DNA of 63,830 nt, counting the filler. It is 4 parts of 4 records of this genome, joined end to end, with 100 filler letters (N's around TTAATTAATTAA, not from the genome) between each part and the next. Parts side by side here need not be neighbours in the genome. Positions count along the whole stretch, not along the records: positions 35,329 to 57,600 come from SRR2962707_5032; positions 57,701 to 63,830 come from SRR2962707_5071; 2 more parts are not named here. The stretch is one strand, 5' to 3'. The notes below the pieces were generated by a model, which ran no database searches, was not told the DNA's origin, and was given only the letters and a program-made list of their open reading frames with translations. The position numbers and the translations under genes are program-made. Below, piece after piece: positions 55,695 through 63,830 of the stretch. How positions within the stretch are numbered: the stretch's first letter is position 1; every line of letters begins with the position of its first letter.

Positions 55695-56840
55695 TTAGAT
55701 AGCTAAGTGGGTATCGCAATCAAAGAAATGCAACTTTTCAGGATCAAACGCCAATTCAATTTGATCCCCGATTTTGACCTCTGTTCGAGACTCAAATTTT
55801 GCAACAGTATTAGCGGCATTATTTAGTTCTTCAACAGCGTCAGGGTCTCCCGAATCAACGTGAATAGCATCAATTTTTATATGTGCTATATGCTCGGCCC
55901 CAAGCTCCTCGAGGTTTTTGACCAAAGCTGGAATAGTCGGATAATTCATACCAGATTCTAGTTTGCTGTCGTAAAGATCTTCGGGGCGAATACCCAAAAT
56001 AATTCGCTTACCGTTGTAACTTGAGAGCGACTTTGAATGACGCATTATGTCATCAGGAATTTTGAGCGAGAAATTACCGAACTCAATTTTACCATCGGAC
56101 ATTTCTCCTTCGAACAAGTTCATTGAAGGCGATCCGATAAAGCCCGCTACAAAAGCATTTACAGGATTATTATACAGCGCCTTGGGTGTATCCACCTGCT
56201 GCAGAACACCATCTTTCATTACCGCAACCCGGTCCCCCATAGTCATCGCTTCTATCTGATCATGCGTTACATAAATCGTCGTAACACCCAAATCCCGCTG
56301 CAAATTAGCAATTTCAGCGCGCATTTGAACGCGCAATTTTGCATCCAAATTGGATAATGGCTCGTCCATTAAAAAGGCGGCAGGCTGGCGTACCATAGCG
56401 CGCCCCATAGCAACCCGCTGGCGCTGACCGCCAGACAATAAAGCAGGCTTACGATCAAGCAGAGGCTCCAATTGCAATGTTTTGGCGACCGAGGCCACAC
56501 GTTCTGCACGCTCTGCCTTTGTCATTCCCGCAAGCTTCATTGAGAAGGCAATATTTTCCCGCACCGTCATGTGCGGATACAAGGCGTAGCTCTGAAATAC
56601 CATTGCAATATTGCGGTCTTTCGGCGCCATATCAACAACACTGCGGCCACCGATTCTAACATCACCACTGGTTATATCCTCTAGACCAGCGATCATACGT
56701 AAAGCGGTTGATTTACCGCAACCCGATGGGCCAACAAGGATCAAAAACTCTCCATCTTTTATTGTAAGATTGAGATCTTTAATTGCGAAATAACTCCCGC
56801 CAAAAACCTTGCACACATTTTCCAATACCACGTCTGCCAT
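55695..56840 (-). CDS. Carbohydrate ABC ATP-binding protein (MalK/UgpC-like)
   Basis: [45 protein letters not shown]-terminal TOBE region. Confidence 0.95.
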   Translation of the reverse strand: MADVVLENVCKVFGGSYFAIKDLNLTIKDGEFLILVGPSGCGKSTALRMIAGLEDITSGDVRIGGRSVVDMAPKDRNIAMVFQSYALYPHMTVRENIAFSMKLAGMTKAERAERVASVAKTLQLEPLLDRKPALLSGGQRQRVAMGRAMVRQPAAFLMDEPLSNLDAKLRVQMRAEIANLQRDLGVTTIYVTHDQIEAMTMGDRVAVMKDGVLQQVDTPKALYNNPVNAFVAGFIGSPSMNLFEGEMSDGKIEFGNFSLKIPDDIMRHSKSLSSYNGKRIILGIRPEDLYDSKLESGMNYPTIPALVKNLEELGAEHIAHIKIDAIHVDSGDPDAVEELNNAANTVAKFESRTEVKIGDQIELAFDPEKLHFFDCDTHLAI

Positions 56841-57269
56841 GAATACTCCTCCTCAACAGCCAAACTCATAGCAAGCGTGACTGGCCCGTATATTTACTTA
56901 GCGCAATAAAATTCGCTTCTGGCATCGTAAGTCAACAAAAGAATTGAGTAAAAGCAAAAACTCGACCAAAAATACCAGCGGAAAATTTCCTAATTAACTG
57001 AAAAATATAGATATATTTAAAAACCCTCACGGAAAATTAAAATTTTACTCGTGATGGAAAATAAATTTACACTCGAAATTTTTTCTATGAAAATGAAGAT
57101 ATTCGAAACAATGATCAAGAAATGCATGTACCAAATGATTTGAAACTGTTTTGGCAGCGGAAATTTAAACAGACAATGAAACCCGCAATATCTTTCTTTT
57201 TGCGGCCGGCAAAATGGACTAGTCGCTTAGCGACGGTTCGCGTAATTGTTTCAATCCGGCGCAGCGCAA

Positions 57270-57490
57270 CCAATTCTTTGATGTCTATATAGGTTAAAAA
57301 CAACAGCATGAATATGCGAGAAATTCTGCTAGCTTGCCATTGATCCGAAACGCCCCATAGCGCGTTCTCACCGACGAAAATGTAGATGCAAACTCTCAAC
57401 CCGATTGTTTTCATACTGCCCAGTTTCTTGGCGATTAAGGGTCCAAGCTCTCGCAAAGCAGCCCGCTAGGAACCTGATTTATCTGCACCA
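57270..57490 (-). pseudogene. IS6 family transposase remnant (C-terminal part)
   Basis: Manual translation: ADKSGS*RAALRELG / frameshift / NRQETGQYENNRVESLHLHFRR*ERAMGRFGSMAS*QNFSHIHAVVFN, matching the IS6 pattern TDKLRSY.AA...NNRAENSH..RRRERAM. Confidence 0.8.
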
Positions 57491-57526
57491 ACATCGACAG
57501 AGGAGCCATTCAGCAGCCTCTTCCTC

Positions 57527-57600
57527 TGTTTAGATCGCGCTATCTCATAATACGACAATCCCATCCAACCAAACGACAATCCGATCCCACGTTTCGACAA
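57527..57600 (+). mobile_element. Probable transposon end with three 21-bp-period transposase-binding repeats
   Basis: TGT at 57527, then ATC-N8-CGACAA three times (CGACAA at 57553, 57574, 57595), running into the contig break. Confidence 0.55.
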
Positions 57601-57700
57601 NNNNNNNNNNNNNNNNNNNNNNNNNNNNNNNNNNNNNNNNNNNNTTAATTAATTAANNNNNNNNNNNNNNNNNNNNNNNNNNNNNNNNNNNNNNNNNNNN
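57601..57700. other. Artificial contig linker
   Basis: N44-TTAATTAATTAA-N44. Confidence 0.99.
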
Positions 57701-57748
57701 ACTCACTCAAACACTCACTCAAACACTCACCCAGTCGCTCACTCGCTT
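57701..57748. repeat. (CACT)-rich simple repeat at contig start
   Basis: actcactcaaac x2, then actcacccagtcgctcactcgc. Confidence 0.75.
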
Positions 57749-57862
57749 GCGCAAAAACAGCAACGCCTTGGGTTTCTCAACCGCGAACCTGTTTGTTACT
57801 TTTTTCCTCCAATAAATGAATGCCGACTGCGTTGGTGCCACCGCCCTCCCTTGTCGTGAACC

Positions 57863-60268
57863 ATGCGCGTCCTTTTTTTCGTGGCAGCTGCCGGGGCGGG
57901 GTGGTGTGTGGCAGCAGCACCAGCAACCGCTGGGTCTGTACCTGACGCCCCTGTCTTTGGGGTCTCGACCTACGCACCCCCCAGTGGCGCGGTGTCCGCT
58001 GATTCAGTCAACGTCTCCCTGGTGCTGCTCGCAGGCCCTGGTTTCAACCACACTCAATATGAGTCAACAGTGGAAGCCATGCAGAAATCGTGCGCCAGCG
58101 GCATCGCCCTGTGGGTTGGCGTAGCGTCGCCGCCGGCTGACGCGGCGCACGCGACTTTCAACACGCCTGACGACGTCGCAGCAGCTGTGGACTTCTCGCG
58201 GTCCCAGCTTCACAGCCTACCTGGCTTGCCGATGCCTGCAGCAACGACGAATTTATTGGGCGCGCACTCTCCGGCAGTGAGCAACGTGCTGCAGAATTTC
58301 ACAGTGCAGGTGACGAATTCCGCTGGCAATGCAAGCAATGTGCACGGACTGGTGTTTCTGGGTGGGTACCCCAGTCGCGCCCATCGAGATGAGTTGGCGG
58401 ACCCAGAAAAGGGCACGCCCACGCTTTCGCTCGCGGGGACTTTGGACGGCGTGTCGCGATTCTCTCGGAACGGTGCAGAGGCCTTCTTTCATGCCCAGCA
58501 GCCAAGCACCGTGGCAGAAATCAGCTCCAATGCGGTCGTCGTTGCGATTGAGGGTGCCAACCACGTTCAATTTGCGGACGGCCACGCCTCCCCGGCGGTG
58601 TCGAAGCTTGATCTTGTTCCCTTTGCAGATGCCAGTACGTTTGCTGCAATCAATGTTTCGGCAGTGCAAGCGCGGTCAGCTCCCCCAGTTGACCAGTTGA
58701 CAGCCACAAGCCCGGTGTACTGTCTGTGCTTGTGCGTCGTGGCGTTTCTGCCCATGTGATGCGTGCAGACGATGTGAGAGCCGCTGTTGGAAACTCAGTC
58801 GCGGACTTCATTGCCACACTTCCCAGCCTTGGCCGGCTGTTGAGGTCGGCAGTGACAACTACAGCGACGAAAAACATTCGCAGCGCCATGCGTGGCACAC
58901 AAGCCCTCGTCCAGCCTGTGCTGGAGGCGTTGAGGCTGGAAGGTTCTCCGTACGTGCTTGCGTGTTGCCCGATAATCCTTGACGGCGAGCGGAAACTCCC
59001 TTTCTCATTGTGACGTTGCCACACAGGTACTTGCACGAAAGCTGCGACAGCGATTTCCCCACCAACTCCAACTGCAACTATCCACAGTATCCGGATGCAT
59101 CGCTGGTAAGTGGAAACTGCTGAAACACGGTTTGTTGGCGGAATCACTGTTAACAGTAGCTTGTGAACAGTAGCTTGCGCAATATTGTGCAGGTGCCCAC
59201 TCCAATTCCAAAGCCCAGTCCGATGCCAGGACCGAACTGCACGTGCGGATCTGAGTGGGTTATGCAGCAAGCGCAAGCAATGATGGCCGAGTTTCGAAGC
59301 GCAAACACGGCCCGGAACTCTCAAATCATGGCAGATGTGCCTGCCGTAGTCACGAATGATGCTTTTCACGACGTGTCGGATGTTCACCCATTTCATCTCC
59401 CGCACATTTGGAACAGGTAGGCAGATTGCATGACCGCTGCCCGGGTTTATCCACCAGCAAGAGATCCCGTTCCTGATTTGCTTTTTTGATTGTGCCCGTG
59501 CTGATCAAAATAAATCAAGTTGCGGCGAGCCAACTTCAGACTGCACACTCAATGTTACGACCGTAACAATGCCCATTTACGAGACCGACCCGCCAGACGT
59601 TGCGCGTGCGCCCCTTGGTGCCACTGAGCTGCGCACAAAGCTGAAGTCCCGCCAGGCGATGATGGAGGCGGCGGGGTTCCCCGACCAAAACTATAATATC
59701 ACCGACGGTGGAAATTTGACCATTTGCAAAAGCATCAACGAGCGAGTTGCTGCCGTGGTTTGGGATTTGCTCGGGAACGCAACTCAGAGCCACTTCTTGA
59801 AGTACGGGGAGCCTCTACAAATGCTCGATGACAAGGTTTGTGATCACCGTCGGCAAGCACCAGCGGATGCGCGCGTCGCAATTCTTAGTTTTTTCGTGTT
59901 GGGTGATGGCAGGTGAGTCCAATTGGAATTGAGGGGCCTGAGTGGATTCCAGACGCCTTAAACTACACTCGCTTCCACAGCGCGGAAAATGAGACGTTTA
60001 TCGGAATTCAATCATGGACGTTCGGGATTACGAATATCGACCATGGCAAAGCGCCCTATTACGTAACGGCAGGGTATCATGTAAGTTCTCTGTACGTTCG
60101 TTTGACTGTGGTTGCGTGTCGCACATTTAAATGTGTTGACATTCAGCTGTTGCTCGTGTTGGCCAGTACTGCAAACTTCTGTCGCCAGCTTGGGTCGTTG
60201 ATTGGTACTTCACGGACGGACTGCGGTACCGAAGTTCGCTCGGTAACACGACCACAAGTCAACTCTAG
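57863..60268 (+). CDS. Secreted alpha/beta-hydrolase-fold protein, 7 exons (57863-58634, 58769-58949, 59027-59105, 59193-59416, 59520-59835, 59913-60080, 60167-60268)
   Basis: Signal peptide; GAHS, GTLDG, EGANHVQF triad motifs; six GT-AG introns give one continuous frame ending GYHYCKLLSPAWVVDWYFTDGLR. Confidence 0.8.
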
Positions 60269-61081
60269 GGAAAGCAAATTTAGTGTCTACGTATTGTATG
60301 ACACTATGCCCCGTCGGACCTCAAGTGAATATCTGTCAAATCGACGACTTTCGCTATTCACACGTCGCGTGTCAGCTTGGACGCTATTTACATGTGTGAC
60401 CGAATACAGTAATAGGTCGGACGTCCGCAAAACCGCGGTTCGCTTCCAACGTGAAAAGCCAACGACCAGAGGTCACTCGTTCCGCATCTGCGTGTGAGCG
60501 ACGGGCCGGCAAAAAGCAGAAGCGCCCTGCTCAGCCACGTTGTCCAATAATATAAGAAAATCAATGTTGCACGTTCTTGCACCAAGACTGGTCTCCGGTT
60601 AGATGATTTGCAAGTCAACGTTTTTGGAGCGGGGAGTAGTCTGTTCAAAATGGGTCTTTGAACGACAACAAAATGATTGACAGCTTGGGAGTTCCAGCTA
60701 CCCTTGACCGTCCAAACACTTGGACTCGGAATCGGCTCAATCACGCTGTGCACCAGTTGTTACGTGCATTTGACCATGCCCCGATTCGCACCAACGATGA
60801 TATTATCGACTTTACGATGCAGGCGCGGTGCACCAGACATGGATGAGCTGATGAAAAAGGGAGCGGAATCTGCTCTGAGCCGAGTAGAGCAAAGCGCTGC
60901 AAAAACTGCGCTGTCCAACGTGGTGAATGCCGCCATGCGAGTTGTCAATCGCTCCTAGACCTGCCGTGAATTGCCGTGAAAGCGCCTTGAAACTGTCGTG
61001 AAACTGCCAAACAACATGGCACGCTTTTGTTTGTAAAAATAATAACAAATCGAATTTGATCTGTTTACCTTCACAGCGTTC

Positions 61082-63511
61082 TCAGGCAAAAACAGGCAGG
61101 AGGTAGACCGGGGCGTTGTGGGTGGCATTTTCCAGCCGAGGGGCAGTAACTTGCAAAATGCCTGTCGTTGCCTCTGCACAAGTGGTACCTAAGTCAGTGC
61201 CCACCACGTCAACGACTTTCCAGCACGAAGCTGTCAAGGCTGATTTGTTTGCACCAATTGCCACAAAGGACACGTTCAGCTCCGTGGCGGGCGGTGGAAA
61301 TGGCTTGTAACACTGGGGACTTGGCACAATGGTAACGTTGGGCTCCCAGCAGCATCCAGGCCCCTTGGGGTTTTGATTCGACAGGCAATCTGCCTTTGAA
61401 ATGCCGTAGTGTCCACAATCTTCGCGTGTCCACCCGGGCGGAGACGGAACCCCTGGAGGATTGCACGCTGCAGGGCTCAACAGACTACCATTGGTCCACA
61501 CAGCAAATCCAGCTTCCGAAGCGCTACACCAAGCGCCACAAAAGCAGCCAGCACATTGTCAGATTTTAGGCAGACATTGTACCACGAGCTCCACGCAAAG
61601 AGCAAACGTGCAGCTGCCTCACCTGGCAGTGTCGTTGTCGAAACGTAAAATAAAGACGTTTCCTTCTGGGATATGGCTCGGCTGAATATCAATGGGAGTC
61701 ATTCGACCGGAATACTGTTGAAAGTTCCCAAGCCCCTCTTGCAGCACAACTGCGGCCGTGAACTTCAGCTTTGGGTCATATGGGTTAACAGTTCGATTCA
61801 CAACGGGCGGCCAGTTCACAGAGCCAAAATGGGCTTCGCAGTCGGAGCGCGCCCCATTGCCGTCTGACCAGTCGTAATTAATCGAGATGTTGACCCCCGC
61901 CAGGGTGTTTGCAAGCCACATTCGTGCCAAGTATGAGGCCTATTGGCAAGCGACGGCACGGATAACAATCAAATGCCAAAATCACGTTCACAAAGTGTGC
62001 AACAAAGTTGAAGGTTGGAGGATCCGCACTTGAGACAGCTCGTCGACGCGATTGGGATAAACGCAAGGCAGCTCGGCCGTTGTATACCCCCACTCCCCGG
62101 AAATCATCGGCATTTGCTGCTGCTCTGGAGTCGTGCCATGCGCTTCAATCATCGCACGCAGCTCCTGCCAGTTCGACAACACCGTGTCAGGAGGCAACGG
62201 GCGATACCTGTCCACGAATCGTGAATTTGCACGAAACTAGTCAAGCGGCAAGTCACTCGCAATGAATGTCTGCGCTGCAAGGCACCGCATCGACGACAAA
62301 AGCAGCTGTGCACGCCAGCTTACGGGTGAACCGACACTGCACCGAACGCGTCGAGAATTCCGGCTCCCATTGCCTGGTCCAGATACGGAAAGTCAATTCC
62401 TGAAGTGGCAGGCCCCACGAATAGCTCCCCAGCTGCTGAAAAAGCAGCACCAGCACTGCGGCACACGGCTGCGATATCTAAAGAAAAGCAAGGAGGAAAT
62501 GCCACACAAAAATCTGACGATGCCATTGCAGTCAAACGTTGGCATTAAAAACGAAAAGAAGCTCGGCCAGCCTGCCACGTGCCAGTGGCATTGTCGTCAC
62601 CCATTCCGTTGGGTTCGTTCAAGCATTCCCAGATAATGTTGTGCCCTTTGAAGTGCTCTACAGCCGCGGCAGCGAACTTGCCGAAAGCCGCAATGCACTC
62701 TGGAGTGTTGCACCCAGGGTTGATGCCCAAACGCTGGTGCAGCGGTTGGTGCGACCAAAGCTTCGCATCAGGAGACGTGTCGACAGCGTCGCCCAACGTG
62801 GTCGCATTTCCGCACGCACATGACTGTAAGTTGGGGTCGCTCTTGCACACATGCTGCTGAGTGCACCCCGATGGCGCGTCGGGGGAGCGATCGCAGCAGT
62901 AGTACCAACCGTCATCGTCACACTCGTTGAAAAATAGCTGGCAAGTCTTGGCACATTGCTCCTTCGTTGTGCAGTTCACCTTGACCAAGTCATCGAACAA
63001 AAACAGCACCAGCACAAAGTTGAACGCCAAGCTACCCCAGGGTGCTCAAGCAAAAGCGAATTGAACGGGTCGCCAGTGAGTGTTCTGCTCAATCATGCCT
63101 CCGTATTACCGGCGGGACAGGAGGCGGTGGATAGCAAGGGTTCCCGTAATCCAGGATCCAATACGGTCGCAGCCCGTGCTCGGTCATGGTGTCCAGCAGC
63201 GCATCGTAGTCTGAAAAGTCGAATTCTCCGCAAGTCTTCTCGATGCTGCCCCAGCTAAAGTCCATTCGCACTGTGCGGAAAGCCCGCGCCAACTGAGCCG
63301 CTTCACCAGGAACCGGCTCGTGAGTCCAGTGGATGTTGGTGCCCCAGCCGTCGCCCACACGCGAGGGCGGGGCCGAAGACGCAGCCGAAGACGCAACTGC
63401 AGGTGCAGCTGCATCAGCAGCGACAAAACTGAAACTGCCGCCACCGACAACAAGGAAGAGAGCGGCGCACAGTGCCGAGCAGGAGACCGCGCGCAACGCA
63501 GCAGTCTTCAT
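61082..63511 (-). CDS. Secreted clan GH-A (GH5/GH39-like) glycoside hydrolase with inserted Cys-rich module and trefoil domain, 6 exons (63511-63110, 62979-62583, 62477-62324, 62207-62030, 61939-61623, 61523-61082)
   Basis: Signal peptide; WGTNIHW, VRMDFSW, ILDYGN, NEPN acid/base, VSVHPY, SGEWGY nucleophile, YDWSD, HFG; trefoil REDCG.YGIS..DC...GCCW...CY. Confidence 0.85.
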
Positions 63512-63802
63512 GGCGGGACGGAGTGGGAGTTTCCAGAAACGGACAGCTGACACACACCAAACAAAGATTCCGAGAGAGAAGAGAGAGAGCGAGAGACCGA
63601 GAGCGAGAGAAAGAGACAGCGAGAGGCTGACGCGATGCGAGAGTGTACAGACAGGGAGTGTGCGTGGAGATGGATGGATGGAAAAGCAAAAAAACAGAAA
63701 GGAGAGCAAAAAAGTCAACCCAAAAACAAAAGAAAAAAAAGTGCTTTTTGTGAGGACAACAGCGAAAGCACGAACGAAAAACACATGCCGCGTGGAACCA
63801 CG

Positions 63803-63830
63803 AGCAAGCAAGCAAGCAAGCAAGCAAGCA
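63803..63830. repeat. (AGCA)n microsatellite
   Basis: Seven tandem agca units at the window end; GA-rich tract at about 63570-63625. Confidence 0.9.

Noticed and set aside
57115-57456. 113-aa ORF from the track
   Set aside because: Mostly an out-of-frame read-through of the IS6 remnant
57542-57600. CRISPR array
   Set aside because: The period is only 21 bp with degenerate units and no spacers; no cas genes in the window
60560-60958. Possible small gene between the hydrolase and the glycosidase (ends MDELMKKGAESALSRVEQ...)
   Set aside because: Helical-looking fragment, but no consistent start or splice model and no recognisable family; unresolved without RNA data
1-63830. rRNA, tRNA, riboswitch, phage or defence genes
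   Set aside because: None recognisable by eye; a covariance-model scan was not possible

Overview
The window is four unrelated contigs joined by artificial 100-nt linkers (N44-TTAATTAATTAA-N44 at 13776-13875, 35229-35328 and 57601-57700). They come from at least three organisms, so nothing should be inferred across the linkers. Contig 1 (1-13775) is a Bacteroidota (Cytophagales-like) housekeeping region: pgi (partial), TrmH methyltransferase, TamL/Omp85 lipoprotein, hemF, LytTR regulator, riboflavin synthase, pcm, thioesterase, two hypotheticals, TlpA redoxin, gatB and alaS (partial). Contig 2 (13876-35228) is from an intron-containing, probably flagellated protist. It carries a single-exon 2803-aa secreted cysteine-rich mosaic protein (2 LNR, 8 somatomedin-B including one nested in another, RRxL motifs, GCxD..ACNY and CGVCGG repeats, 6 DUF642-like domains) convergent with a multi-exon CFAP57/WDR65-like gene. 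Contig 3 (35329-57600) is an alphaproteobacterial sugar/polyol catabolic island (two LacI paralogs, DeoR, two ABC systems, ketose epimerases, polyol dehydrogenases, class I aldolase, PfkB kinase). It ends in an IS6 remnant and a probable transposon end. Contig 4 (57701-63830) is eukaryotic again: a 7-exon secreted alpha/beta-hydrolase and a 6-exon bacterial-type clan GH-A glycosidase with an inserted Cys-rich module and a trefoil domain. The best candidates for novelty are the giant mosaic protein, the mosaic glycosidase and the uncharacterised sugar pathways. All family calls are from motif recognition by eye, with no database searches.
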